This document shows positions 1 to 9,611 of a stretch of 64,000 nucleotides of DNA, in pieces. The translations under genes and the position numbers were made by a program. The DNA lies in assembly GCA_020722065.1 (NCBI GenBank), contig DYLK01000001.1, forward strand, positions 16,387 through 80,386. The letters run 5' to 3'. Each line of letters starts with the position of its first letter. The first letter of the stretch is position 1. The notes beneath the pieces were generated by a model that was not told where the DNA came from, searched no databases, and saw only the letters and a program-made list of their open reading frames with translations. This DNA is from Melioribacter roseus. GTDB lineage: Bacteria; Bacteroidota; Ignavibacteria; Ignavibacteriales; Melioribacteraceae.

Positions 1-248
1 TTAACTAAAGTTGAATTAACTGCGGGAATTTTATCACCAAAACCGATTGTGGTAGATTCAGGTTTCCCTCCCATTTCTTTGTAAATATTACGAATAATAT
101 TTACATCTTTTGTTTTGTAACCGCCAAAAGCACACCCGATTGAATCATAAATAAATTTTTTTGTTGTTTCTATTACATTTTGTGGTAAGTCATTAAATTT
201 TAAATTTACTGCATATTCAGAAATAATTCTGGATATTGATTTACTCAT
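1..248 (-). CDS. MmgE/PrpD family protein (2-methylcitrate dehydratase-like), N-terminal fragment running off the left edge
   Basis: Not in the ORF track because it is truncated. My minus-strand translation from ATG 248-246 is MSKSISRIISEYAVNLKFNDLPQNVIETTKKFIYDSIGCAFGGYKTKDVNIIRNIYKEMGGKPE... This matches the usual PrpD-family N-terminus (..F.DLP..V......I.D.IGC...G). Confidence 0.55.
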   Translation of the reverse strand, partial: MSKSISRIISEYAVNLKFNDLPQNVIETTKKFIYDSIGCAFGGYKTKDVNIIRNIYKEMGGKPESTTIGFGDKIPAVNSTLV

Positions 249-265
249 ATAAGTCCTTTATTAAT

Positions 266-3200
266 TTATTTTTGTAATGCAAAAGTAAGAAGAAAATTTG
301 TTCCAATACCCTTTTGACTTTCAACTTTAATTGTAATATTGTTAATATCACAATATTGTTTAACAACACTTAAACCAAGTCCATTGCCATCAAATTTTCT
401 TGTGTAACCTTCATCTTCCTGAGTAAATGCTGTGAAAATGTGTGGTAAATAATCTGGATTCATTCCAATTCCAGTGTCTTTTATGCTAACTGTTACAAAG
501 TTATCTTTTTCTATAAAAGAGATTTTTATTTCACCTTTATTCGTATATTTTATTGCGTTATCAATTAAGTTTATAAAAATACTTCGTATAGAATAACTGT
601 CGGCTACAACTTTGTAATTTGAACTTGAATCATCAAATTGGAATAGCAAACCTTTATCAGCTGCTAGTGAATCAAATTCCATTTTTACACTATTAATTAA
701 TTCTACTAAATTGAGAGGCTGGTAATTTGGCGTAAAATCGCCAGCATCAAGCTCGGCTTTGTTGATTATTAAATCCATTGTTCTAATGATTCGGTTAGTC
801 GATCTTTCAATACTTGAAAATGAGAATTTCATATCTTCATCAAGTTGAAAATCAAGATTACTTCTTACTAAACCAATGTGGCTTAAAATAGAATTGAACG
901 GAGTTCTGATTTCATGCGACATTTGTGAAAGGAAATTTGCTTTAATTTGTTCAAGTTTGTTCAGTTTTTCTTTAGATTTAATTAAATTTTCAAAAGCAAT
1001 TTTTTCTTCGGTGATATTTCTTATTACAACTATAGAGCAAGGTTCATTTTTGTATTTTTGCCTTTTTACCCGAATTTCGGCATTTATCGTTTTTTGATAT
1101 TTATCAATAATTTCAATTTCATTAATATTAAAGCTACTTCCGGTGCTTGTTAAACGAGAAAGATATTTTTTATACTCTTTATCATTAATATTGAGAAATT
1201 CTTGAATATTTTTGCCTAAAATTTCGGGTCGTGAGTAGCCTAAAAGTTTCGAAGCACTATCGTTGAGTTCAACAATTTTAGAATTATTTAAATTTACAAT
1301 TAATATTGGATTATATGTTGCTTCAAATAAGTTGAAGTAATCATTTTTTGAATTCAAAAGCTCGGTATTTAGCTTTTCCTTTTCGCCAATTATTTGTTGA
1401 AGTTGCGTTACTTCTTGTTTTATTTTTTTTGTTCTATATCGATAAAATCCAAAAGTCCCAATTATAAAAAAAAGGAAAACGAAAATCTGGAATATCGCTG
1501 TTTGATAAAATGCTGGAACAATTTCAAATTCAAAAATTATTGGTTCGGATTCCACACCAAATCTATTTTTTGCCTTTATGTATAATTTATATTCATTTGG
1601 CGGTAACGAAACTAAGTTAATTTTGCTATTTTTTGAAAATTCAGAATATTCATTGTTAATTGGTTCTAATTTGTAAGCAAATTTTTCGGTAGAATAATTG
1701 TCAAAATTAAGTGCTGAAATTTCAAATGAAATATTATTTAGATAGTAGGGAAGTGAATATCCATCTGGCGTTAATTTATTTGTATTTTGTGGTAAATATT
1801 CTGTCTCTTGAATATTTTGATAATTGATAAAAACATCCTTTATAATTGGTTTATAACAAAAATGGTCAGCTCCTATTTTTGATTTTGAATATTTAATGAG
1901 CGCATTAACGCCACCAAACCAGATATTGCCTTTACTATCTTGGAGCGAAGAAAATTGGTTAAACTCTTCTCCTAAAATATTATCTGCTGGGTTGTATTCT
2001 GTGATGTCAAATATTTTTTCATTCTGATATTTTTTATAATCAAAAATTGCAAAGCCGCGTAAATTAAATATCCAAAGTTTTTGGGATTTATCTAAAAGTG
2101 CTGAAAAGGCTTGGCTTTGTGGTAATCCATCCTTAGAAGTTATTCGTTTTATCGCTTTTTTTACATCAGAGTTTTCATTTACATCGAAGAGTATTATTCC
2201 ATAATTAGAAGTAATTAAAATTAGAGTATTTTGTCCGTCAAATAGGGCATCAGTGTAAGTGAATTGAGAAAGAATGCTTGCAAATTTGAATTTAACTAAC
2301 TTATTATTTTCTATTTTTCTAATTGCTTTATTCTGTATTAACCACTTTACATTTGGTGAAGTCTGTACAATTTTTAATGACATATGCTCCTTAAGAGAAT
2401 GTTGCTTTTCGAACGCACTAAAATTCCCAGTACTTAAATTATAAACAAAAACTCCTTTTTCAGTTGTAGGAATCCAAATATTCCCTTTTTCTTCATAAAA
2501 CGACATTGGAGTACTAGTTTGAACATTAAATTTTTGAGTAATATTGATAATTTCATCGCCCGTTTTTACGTAAATATTATCAGTTGTCGAAAGCCAGAAA
2601 TTACTTTTGGAGTCTTCAAAAAATGTCCAAATAGTTGAATTTAATTTTCTTGACCAAGGAATTGGAGAAAATCTTTCCCCATTATATTGAAGGATACCTT
2701 GTCCGTCACTTCCAGCAATGATATTTTTACTTTTTGTTTCCAAAAGTTTGAAAATTTCTGCTTTTATACCATTTTTATTATGGAAATATGTAAAATCCAT
2801 ATTATCTATATGGTAAATTCCTTCGCCTAAAGTAGAAATCCAAAGAGAATTATTTCTATCGAAAAATAAATTGTATATAGAACTTTTTATTGGAGAAAAA
2901 TTCTTTCCCGAAATTTCACGTACAATTTTTTTATTGTTGTAAAAAATTATTTTAGTGTCTTGCTGAAAAACAACATTCCCTTCTTTATCAAATAAAATTG
3001 ATTGAAATCTATTTGTGGCTTTAAATTCATAACTATCGTATTGGAAATTTTCTTGAGTTCCTTTGAAAAGCCCAATATCAGAAAGTCCCCAAATAATTCC
3101 GTTGTGAGAAGAAATTGCATAAATAGTTTCAGAAATAATTTTTTTTATGGAATTATTTTTCCCGTTTAAATAAAATAGACCTTGGTTAGTGGCAAAATAG

Positions 3201-3739
3201 TAGTTGTTATTTTTGTCTGTAGTAATCGAATAAATGAATAAATTATTTAATATTTTATACTTTTTATTACGTTTTAAGATATTATTCTTAAATTCAAAAA
3301 TCCCGGTTCTCGTACCAATGAGTAATTTGCTTTTTCCTAATTCTAAAAAAGAGTAAACAACATTTTCAATCGAATCAATTTTTGGTAAAGTGAAATTTTT
3401 AAAATATTTTAGGTTTGAAATTGTTATAAAGCCATCTTTTTTCCCAACAAAAATAATAGAATCTGAAGTTGTGTAAAGTGAAACGACTTGTTCATTGCTT
3501 AGTAATGGATCATGAAAAATTGAAAATTCTTTCCCATTGTAATAACATAATCCATCAATTGTCCCAAAAAGCATAAATCCATTTTTTTCTTGAAGAATGG
3601 CAGTAGAAAAATCTGATAATAATCCATCGCCATAAGTATAATGCTCCATAATATAACTTTGAGCGAGTAAGTTAGTGCTTAAAAGAGTAAGTAATATTAG
3701 TTTTGTGAGTTGGATCATTGTTCTTTTCGTTTTATGCAT
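266..3739 (-). CDS. Two-component-regulator-propeller (Y_Y_Y) sensor histidine kinase with PAS, no receiver or HTH
   Basis: The track ORF is 266..3784. I prefer ATG 3739 (MHKTKRTMIQLTKLILLTLLSTNLLAQ, signal-like), because a TATTTTTG box (3761-3768, minus) lies between the two ATGs. About 700 aa is propeller-like repeat, followed by a Y_Y_Y-type segment (YKLEPINNEYSEF...NEYKLYIKAKN) and one TM helix (IFQIFVFLFFIIGTFGFY). Then come a PAS-like region, H-box SHEIRTPFNSI, and N/G boxes LIDNAIKYT, DTGIGM, GNGLGLS. Confidence 0.85.
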   Translation of the reverse strand: MHKTKRTMIQLTKLILLTLLSTNLLAQSYIMEHYTYGDGLLSDFSTAILQEKNGFMLFGTIDGLCYYNGKEFSIFHDPLLSNEQVVSLYTTSDSIIFVGKKDGFITISNLKYFKNFTLPKIDSIENVVYSFLELGKSKLLIGTRTGIFEFKNNILKRNKKYKILNNLFIYSITTDKNNNYYFATNQGLFYLNGKNNSIKKIISETIYAISSHNGIIWGLSDIGLFKGTQENFQYDSYEFKATNRFQSILFDKEGNVVFQQDTKIIFYNNKKIVREISGKNFSPIKSSIYNLFFDRNNSLWISTLGEGIYHIDNMDFTYFHNKNGIKAEIFKLLETKSKNIIAGSDGQGILQYNGERFSPIPWSRKLNSTIWTFFEDSKSNFWLSTTDNIYVKTGDEIINITQKFNVQTSTPMSFYEEKGNIWIPTTEKGVFVYNLSTGNFSAFEKQHSLKEHMSLKIVQTSPNVKWLIQNKAIRKIENNKLVKFKFASILSQFTYTDALFDGQNTLILITSNYGIILFDVNENSDVKKAIKRITSKDGLPQSQAFSALLDKSQKLWIFNLRGFAIFDYKKYQNEKIFDITEYNPADNILGEEFNQFSSLQDSKGNIWFGGVNALIKYSKSKIGADHFCYKPIIKDVFINYQNIQETEYLPQNTNKLTPDGYSLPYYLNNISFEISALNFDNYSTEKFAYKLEPINNEYSEFSKNSKINLVSLPPNEYKLYIKAKNRFGVESEPIIFEFEIVPAFYQTAIFQIFVFLFFIIGTFGFYRYRTKKIKQEVTQLQQIIGEKEKLNTELLNSKNDYFNLFEATYNPILIVNLNNSKIVELNDSASKLLGYSRPEILGKNIQEFLNINDKEYKKYLSRLTSTGSSFNINEIEIIDKYQKTINAEIRVKRQKYKNEPCSIVVIRNITEEKIAFENLIKSKEKLNKLEQIKANFLSQMSHEIRTPFNSILSHIGLVRSNLDFQLDEDMKFSFSSIERSTNRIIRTMDLIINKAELDAGDFTPNYQPLNLVELINSVKMEFDSLAADKGLLFQFDDSSSNYKVVADSYSIRSIFINLIDNAIKYTNKGEIKISFIEKDNFVTVSIKDTGIGMNPDYLPHIFTAFTQEDEGYTRKFDGNGLGLSVVKQYCDINNITIKVESQKGIGTNFLLTFALQK

Positions 3740-3833
3740 AATAGTTTTTTTAATTAGGCACAAAAATATATTGAAAATGAACAATATTGTACACTTATTT
3801 GAAAAATAAATTCTAAAATAGGTTAAATAATTG

Positions 3834-6800
3834 TTAAGAACCTTTTGAAACTAAATTTAACACGTCTTCGTAGCAAATTGTTGTTAAATCATCGTCCGAA
3901 AGATTGATTGATTCAGAAATTCGTTCTTCTTGAAAAGCAATAACTTCATAAAGCAAATTTTTCGCTGTTCGTGCATTCCCAAAATTTTTATTGCGATTTT
4001 CGTATGCTTTTTCAAAAATATCTAAGAATAATTGCAAAGCTCCTTCATCAAGTACATAACCAAAAGAATTTGCCATATTATAAGTTATTTCAAGTAATTC
4101 CCTTGGTTGATAATCTTCGAAATGGAAAAAATTCGTAAATCTTGACGTAAGTCCAGGATTTGAATTAATAAATTGCTTCATTTCATTTGTATAACCGGCG
4201 ACAATTACTGTAAATTCTCCTTTATAATCTTCCATTCGCTTAAGTAAAATATCAATTGCTTCTTGTCCAAAATCGCTTCCTCCTTTCGAAAGTGTGTAGG
4301 CTTCATCAATAAACAAAGTTCCGCCAATTGCTTCTTTAATAATTTTATCAGTTTTTATTGCTGTTTGACCTTGATATCCAGCTACTAATGAAGAACGATC
4401 ACATTCAACTAAATGACCTTTAGTTAAAATACCTAACTCTTTATATATTTTACTAACCAATCTTGCGATAGTTGTTTTTCCAGTCCCAGGATTTCCTGTG
4501 AAAACGCTGTGCAAATTTTTATCAACAATTCTTAAACCTCTTTGTTTTCTTACTTTTTCAACTTTCAAGCCTTTTATTAATCTATTTATTTCATTTTTTA
4601 CTGTTTGTAAACCAGTAAAAGAATTCAATTCTTCAAGATATTCTTCTAATTTCTCTTGGTCGCCAATTATTTCTATATTTTTTTTGACTTTTATCGTGGA
4701 AATTATTGGCAATACATCTTGTAAAACAATAATTTTTTCATTTTCGGGAATTAAATCACCAAATTCTGATAATCTTAAGAAATGCTGTTGTTGAATTCTC
4801 TCAACTAAAAATTTAACCATTCTTGCATTTCCAAATGTTTTATCTCTATTTCTATAAATTTCATTAAAATAAACTGATAATTTTTCTAAAACTGCTTCTT
4901 CAATAAGATAATTTTTATCTAAGTAATGCTTTTTTGTAATTTCAATTAGTTCTGTCGGTGAAAAGTCTTCGAAAATAAAAGATTTATTAAAATAAGATTT
5001 CAAATTAGCATTTGTTTCAAGAAAAGCGGACATCTCATCGGTATTCCCAGAAGCGAAAACAAGGAATTTCCCTTTATCACTTTCCAACCGTTTTACTAAA
5101 GTATCAATAGCTTCTTTCCCGAAGTCCTTTTCATCATTTAATTTGACGATGTTATTTGTCTGATTTATATATAAAACTCCACCAATTGCTTTGTCAATTA
5201 ACAGATTTGTCTTTTCAGCAGTTTGCCCAACAAAACCAGATACAAATGAATCTCGACTTGCTTCGATAAAATTCCCTTTTTCTAAAATTCCCAAAGCCGC
5301 AAAAATATTTGTAAGTATTTTTGCAACCGACCTTTTGCCCGTACCACTATTTCCCAGAAAAAGATAATTATCGTTGAATATTTCACTTAATTCATCCCCT
5401 TTATTTTTATAATATCTTGCCAACTTGATAGTTTTTGAAATATCATCTTTAATTGAAGTTAAAGCTACCAATTTTTCTAATTTTGTTAGTTCATTAGCAA
5501 GTTTATCTTCATCAATTGAAAGATCAAGTTTCTTTACAGAATTTTCTTCGAAAATTGATTCAAAAATTGGTTTAGTAAAAGTTGTTAGGATTTGTTTTAA
5601 TTCTTCATCATCAGTTGCAGAATCGAGTAAACTTGTTTCAGAGCTAATTTTCAATTTTGCTTTTTCGAAAATCTGTCGAACACTTCGCCCGTTTCCAAAA
5701 TTCTTGTCTCGGTTGCGGTACATTTCAGTGAATTTGTAGATTAAGTATTCTTTTGCTTCATCTGTAATCTCAAATTCTTCCTTTTTTGAAAAAAGTTGAA
5801 AGATTTTAAACATTTCATCTGGAAGATAATCTTCGAAAGTAAAATATCTTGAAAATCGAGATTTCAAACCAGGGTTTGATTCTAAAAATTTCTCCATATT
5901 ATCTGGATAACCAGCAACAATTACAACAAATTCATCCTTTTTATCTTCCATTTTTTTTAGAATTGTATCAATTGCTTCTTGCCCAAAATCATTTCCACCT
6001 TTCGAAAGGGAATAAGCTTCATCAATAAAAAGAACTCCACCCATCGCTTCTTCAATCTTCTTCTCGGTTTTTTGTGCAGTTTGCCCGATAAATTCTCCAA
6101 CTAAATCTGTTCTATCAACTTCCACAACATGACCATTTTTCAGAAGTCCCATCGAACGGAATAAATTTCCCATTAATCGTGCAACTGTTGTTTTTCCCGT
6201 GCCAGGATTTCCGACAAAGACAGAATGTAAAATAATATCGGAATTTGATTTTAAACCAAATTTTTGACGCTTTTTCTGGAAATTAATAAAATCAATCAAT
6301 TCCCGAATTCCTTTTTTAATAGATTCCAAGCCAATAAATTCATCAAGTTCGGCAATAAGTTGTTCAAGTGGAATTATTGGATTTTCAGCTATTTCTGATT
6401 TTTGTAAATCTTCAGATTTATTCAAATTAAGGCTTTTATTTTCAATTAAGTTGGTTTGTGGCTGTTCTGAATTATCTAACTTTGTATTTTTTGTAGGATT
6501 TTCAACACGGAATTGATTTTTATCGCCAATTATAAAGAAAGTCTGTGCAACTTTCATTTTCTCAAAATATAATTCAATTTTCCCTTGACCATTTGTTAAT
6601 TGAACAAAATCACCTTCAAAATCTTGCACAAACAAAACAGAATCCCAATCTTTTGAAACAAAAACTTCAAAGAAATTTTCAAAAATTACTCTATCATTTA
6701 CCAACCAATTGATTTTCCCATCAATATTTTGGTCTTCAATTCTAAAATTCGGGTTGGAAAAAATCACTTCGACAGAAAGTTGCTGCTTGCTAAGTTGTTT

Positions 6801-7763
6801 AATCTGTATAAGATACGGACCAGTTCCTTTTTGGTATTCATTTCTATTTACGAGTTGGAATTTATAAACTTCGCCATTGTCGTGTGGAAAATATTGTGAA
6901 TCAGTTCGGAAAGTAGGTCGTTCGTCAATCAATTTTGTTTGCTTTTTAGCATTTTCTTCAATAACCATCGACTTCGAAATTTTTTCATTTCGTTCTTTGT
7001 TATACTGAGTTAGTAAATTAAAAATCTTCTGAAATTTCTCATCATTTTCAAAATCATTACGAACTAATTCCGCTTTTCGAATAGCTGATACAAATTGATG
7101 CATATAAAAAAGAGATTCTATTTCAATAAAAGCTGCTTCAGAATGATATTTCTTTAATTCTTTTTGGGATTGAATTTTCTGCGCAATGATCAATGAAAAC
7201 CAATATTCTCTTAATTTTAAGGCTTTATGTGCATTTTCAATATATTGGTCAATATCTTTTTTGGGAATTTTAAATGTAGGGTGGTCAATTTCAAAAATCT
7301 GATTATAAAAGTTATATCGAATATTTAGTTCTGTATTATTTATCCCAGTTAGCGACATTGCAATTTCAATTTCGCGTAAAGCATCTTCATATTTTTTTAG
7401 ATTTGCGAGAGTTTTTGCTTTGTTTGAAGTTGTCCAGATGAGCAAAGTTTTTAGATTATCTTTTGCTTTATCAAAATATGTTAAAGCTCCTTCAAAAATA
7501 CTTACTCGTTGGAGCAAATAGCCGTAATAAAGATAAAATTCAGGAGAATTTGATTCTTGGATATTTAATGAATTTAACAAATCAATTGCTTTAATCGGGG
7601 AATTGTTCTCCAATAAAGCCCAAGAATAAGCAAGAATAGTCATATTATCATTTTGATTGAAAGTAATTATCTTTTCGGCAATTTGCAAAGCCAATCGATA
7701 GCGTCCATTCATCAAATGATTAAATACTTCTTTTAATAATTTATTGAATTCTTCAGCAGTCAA
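3834..7763 (-). CDS. TPR-like N-terminal domain protein with three tandem CbbX/SpoVK/EccA-type AAA+ ATPase modules
   Basis: 1309 aa. The first ~260 aa is helical and TPR-like, followed by an unassigned ~170-aa region and three AAA+ modules. Module 1 has [13 protein letters not shown] / [10 protein letters not shown]. Module 2 has [13 protein letters not shown] / [10 protein letters not shown] (degenerate). Module 3 has [13 protein letters not shown] / [10 protein letters not shown]. Each module also carries ..DFG.EAID.L.K.ME and NPGL.SRF, which are typical of the CbbX/SpoVK clade. Confidence 0.85.
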   Translation of the reverse strand: MTAEEFNKLLKEVFNHLMNGRYRLALQIAEKIITFNQNDNMTILAYSWALLENNSPIKAIDLLNSLNIQESNSPEFYLYYGYLLQRVSIFEGALTYFDKAKDNLKTLLIWTTSNKAKTLANLKKYEDALREIEIAMSLTGINNTELNIRYNFYNQIFEIDHPTFKIPKKDIDQYIENAHKALKLREYWFSLIIAQKIQSQKELKKYHSEAAFIEIESLFYMHQFVSAIRKAELVRNDFENDEKFQKIFNLLTQYNKERNEKISKSMVIEENAKKQTKLIDERPTFRTDSQYFPHDNGEVYKFQLVNRNEYQKGTGPYLIQIKQLSKQQLSVEVIFSNPNFRIEDQNIDGKINWLVNDRVIFENFFEVFVSKDWDSVLFVQDFEGDFVQLTNGQGKIELYFEKMKVAQTFFIIGDKNQFRVENPTKNTKLDNSEQPQTNLIENKSLNLNKSEDLQKSEIAENPIIPLEQLIAELDEFIGLESIKKGIRELIDFINFQKKRQKFGLKSNSDIILHSVFVGNPGTGKTTVARLMGNLFRSMGLLKNGHVVEVDRTDLVGEFIGQTAQKTEKKIEEAMGGVLFIDEAYSLSKGGNDFGQEAIDTILKKMEDKKDEFVVIVAGYPDNMEKFLESNPGLKSRFSRYFTFEDYLPDEMFKIFQLFSKKEEFEITDEAKEYLIYKFTEMYRNRDKNFGNGRSVRQIFEKAKLKISSETSLLDSATDDEELKQILTTFTKPIFESIFEENSVKKLDLSIDEDKLANELTKLEKLVALTSIKDDISKTIKLARYYKNKGDELSEIFNDNYLFLGNSGTGKRSVAKILTNIFAALGILEKGNFIEASRDSFVSGFVGQTAEKTNLLIDKAIGGVLYINQTNNIVKLNDEKDFGKEAIDTLVKRLESDKGKFLVFASGNTDEMSAFLETNANLKSYFNKSFIFEDFSPTELIEITKKHYLDKNYLIEEAVLEKLSVYFNEIYRNRDKTFGNARMVKFLVERIQQQHFLRLSEFGDLIPENEKIIVLQDVLPIISTIKVKKNIEIIGDQEKLEEYLEELNSFTGLQTVKNEINRLIKGLKVEKVRKQRGLRIVDKNLHSVFTGNPGTGKTTIARLVSKIYKELGILTKGHLVECDRSSLVAGYQGQTAIKTDKIIKEAIGGTLFIDEAYTLSKGGSDFGQEAIDILLKRMEDYKGEFTVIVAGYTNEMKQFINSNPGLTSRFTNFFHFEDYQPRELLEITYNMANSFGYVLDEGALQLFLDIFEKAYENRNKNFGNARTAKNLLYEVIAFQEERISESINLSDDDLTTICYEDVLNLVSKGS

Positions 7764-7822
7764 TTGAACCTATAATTTGGTTAATTTATGAACAAAAATT
7801 ACGAAATAGTATCGACACAAAA

Positions 7823-8575
7823 ATGAAATATTTAATTGAACTAATAAAAGAAAAAATGAACAAAATGAGAAAAAATTCGTCAGAAATGAGAAAATTTGAG
7901 AAAATTATGAAAGCGTTAAATTTTGTAAAATCAATAGTTTTATTTTTATTGATAGTTTTTGCCTCAACTTCTTGTAAATTAGTAGCTGTCCAGGGAAATG
8001 GGCAAATTTCTGAGATTGAGAAGAAAACATCAAATTTCAACAAAATAGATGCTTCAGGATCTTTTGATATTAATGTGAAATTAGGGAAGGAATCAAAAAT
8101 TAAAATAATAGCTGACAAAAATTTACAGAAATATATAACAACAAAAGTTGTAAATAACACATTATACCTTTCAACTAAAAAAAATTTATCACCAACAAAT
8201 GAAATTGAAATATTCTTAATTACTCCACAATTAGTCGCTGCAAATATTTCAGGTTCAAATGATTTGAAAATACACAATTATCAAGGACAAATTCTCAAAT
8301 TAGAAATTAGTGGTGCAGGTGCATTTTATGGAAGTGGAAAAGTAGATGTTTTTGATGTTGAAATAAGTGGAGCGGGCGAACTTAAAGCTGAAAAGTTAGT
8401 AACGAAAGTGTCTAAAATTCAAATCAGCGGCGCTGGAGAAGGAATAATAAATGTTAAAGACGAATTATATGCAGAAGTTTCAGGAGCTGGTGATTTGTTG
8501 TATATTGGTAACCCTAAAATAATTAAAACTGATATTTCAGGTGCTGGATCAATAAAAAAGAAAACAAAGGATTAG
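7823..8575 (+). CDS. DUF2807 / head-GIN-domain putative lipoprotein
   Basis: The track ORF is 250 aa. The real start is more likely ATG 7907 ([23 protein letters not shown], lipoprotein-like signal). The C-terminal half has five [IV]SGAG rungs about 20 aa apart (ISGAGAF, ISGAGEL, ISGAGEG, VSGAGDL, ISGAGSI), the DUF2807 beta-helix pattern. Confidence 0.7.
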   Translation: MKYLIELIKEKMNKMRKNSSEMRKFEKIMKALNFVKSIVLFLLIVFASTSCKLVAVQGNGQISEIEKKTSNFNKIDASGSFDINVKLGKESKIKIIADKNLQKYITTKVVNNTLYLSTKKNLSPTNEIEIFLITPQLVAANISGSNDLKIHNYQGQILKLEISGAGAFYGSGKVDVFDVEISGAGELKAEKLVTKVSKIQISGAGEGIINVKDELYAEVSGAGDLLYIGNPKIIKTDISGAGSIKKKTKD

Positions 8576-8577
8576 TT

Positions 8578-9060
8578 ATGAAAAAATTAGTAGGAATTAT
8601 AATGGGCAGTGATTCAGATTTGCCTATTATGAATAAAGCCATTGAGGTTTTACAAGAATTTCAAATTGGATTTGAAGTGAAAATATTATCTGCACATAGA
8701 ACTCCAGATGAACATACAGATTACGCAAAAACAGCAGAACAACGTGGGCTGAAAGTGATTATTGCGGCAGCTGGTGGTGCAGCTCATTTACCTGGAGTTA
8801 CAGCTGCTCATACTATTTTGCCAATTATTGGTGTTCCTATCAATTCAAAATTAAATGGAATAGATTCGCTATTGTCAATTGTTCAAATGCCAAGTGGAAT
8901 TCCAGTTGCAACAGTTGCAGTTGATGGAGCGAAAAACTCAGCATTGTTAGCAATAGAAATCTTGGCATTATCTGATAAAAAAATTAGAGAAAAATTGATT
9001 ATTTATCGCGAAAATCAAAGAAAAGAATCTTATGCAAAAAATGAAAAGTTGAACAAATAA
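8578..9060 (+). CDS. purE: N5-carboxyaminoimidazole ribonucleotide mutase
   Basis: 160 aa. Motifs [26 protein letters not shown] and GVP...[12 protein letters not shown] are the canonical class I PurE signature. Confidence 0.95.
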   Translation: MKKLVGIIMGSDSDLPIMNKAIEVLQEFQIGFEVKILSAHRTPDEHTDYAKTAEQRGLKVIIAAAGGAAHLPGVTAAHTILPIIGVPINSKLNGIDSLLSIVQMPSGIPVATVAVDGAKNSALLAIEILALSDKKIREKLIIYRENQRKESYAKNEKLNK

Positions 9061-9087
9061 TCTTACTTCTTAAATTATAAACTTTGA

Positions 9088-9358
9088 ATAAATAATGCTG
9101 TATTTAACAAATTCCCCAAACTTGAATCGAAGAATTTAATATTCTCAGAAATGGTAATATTCCCGCTGAAAGTTTTTTCAAAATGAGGTCGGATAAAGAA
9201 GTTGTAAAGTATATGGACACTTTCCCTTATAAATCCATTGAATAAACAATAAAATTAATTGAGTCTGCACAATAATCAATTTTTGAAGGTAATGCGAACA
9301 ACTAGTCCATTCTGAAAAAAAAAGGAAAGTTATTGTAAATAAAATTGTTTTTTTGATA
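9088..9358 (+). pseudogene. Decayed N-terminal remnant of a RimJ/RimL-type GNAT N-acetyltransferase
   Basis: My translation gives frame 1 ..FPKLESKNLIFSEM..KVFSK*. After a frame change it continues MRSDKEVVKYMDTFPYKSIE*TIKLIESAQ*SIFEGNANN*SILKKKGKLL*IKLFF**. This follows the GNAT N-terminal pattern (LET.RL.LR.., SD.EV.KYM...PY.S.EE...LIE....E.G.A..W.I..K.GKLIG.I.L) but has one frameshift and at least four in-frame stops. No acetyl-CoA motif follows. Confidence 0.5.
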
Positions 9359-9483
9359 ATCAAAACTTAGATACTGAAATATATTCACTTCTCAAGTAAA
9401 ATTAAATCAACAAAAATTTACAAATTATCTAAAGTAATTGAATTAAGTAAACACTTAGGAAATTTGTTTGTAAAAATATATTT

Positions 9484-9524
9484 AAAATAAAAAGTCGCCA
9501 AGGCTGAGGGCGGACCTTGACGAC
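9484..9524 (-). terminator. Rho-independent terminator-like hairpin downstream of the purA-kinase operon, or the 3' end of a small RNA
   Basis: The minus strand reads GTCGTCAAGG-TCCGCCCTCAG-CCTTGGCGAC followed by TTTTTATTTT. This is a 10-bp stem (one G-U pair) with an 11-nt loop and a T-run. It is the only GC-rich island in a 550-bp AT-rich spacer, 88 nt past the kinase stop. Confidence 0.6.
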
Positions 9525-9611
9525 CGGAATGTATTTAGGGGGGTAAAATGAAAAACTTACATGCGAAAAATAATGAAAATATTTGAGTTGTCAATAAAAA
9601 AGTAAAAAAAA

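Noticed and set aside
7786-8277. A 163-aa minus-strand ORF antisense to the DUF2807 gene, plus many similar 60-110 aa antisense or overlapping ORFs in the track (e.g. 876-1097, 4498-4794, 5425-5739, 11223-11501, 31273-31578, 60508-60843).
   Set aside because: All lie inside, and antisense or out of frame to, long ORFs with clear family motifs. Their translations are low-complexity (F/I/K/S-rich) with no motifs. Long shadow ORFs are expected in AT-rich DNA.
9494-9545. The GC-rich island considered as an SRP (4.5S) RNA, tRNA or other structured housekeeping RNA.
   Set aside because: It has no GGAA tetraloop or AGCAGCC-type SRP domain IV motif and no tRNA cloverleaf or T-loop (GTTCGAATC-like). 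It is a single hairpin followed by a T-run, so a terminator or sRNA 3' end fits better.
9548-9586. A 12-codon mini-ORF (MKNLHAKNNENI) behind GGGGGG-taaa-ATG on the plus strand.
   Set aside because: It is too short to evaluate, has no downstream gene on that strand to regulate, and its spacer to the ATG is short. It is noted only as an alternative reading of the G/C tract.
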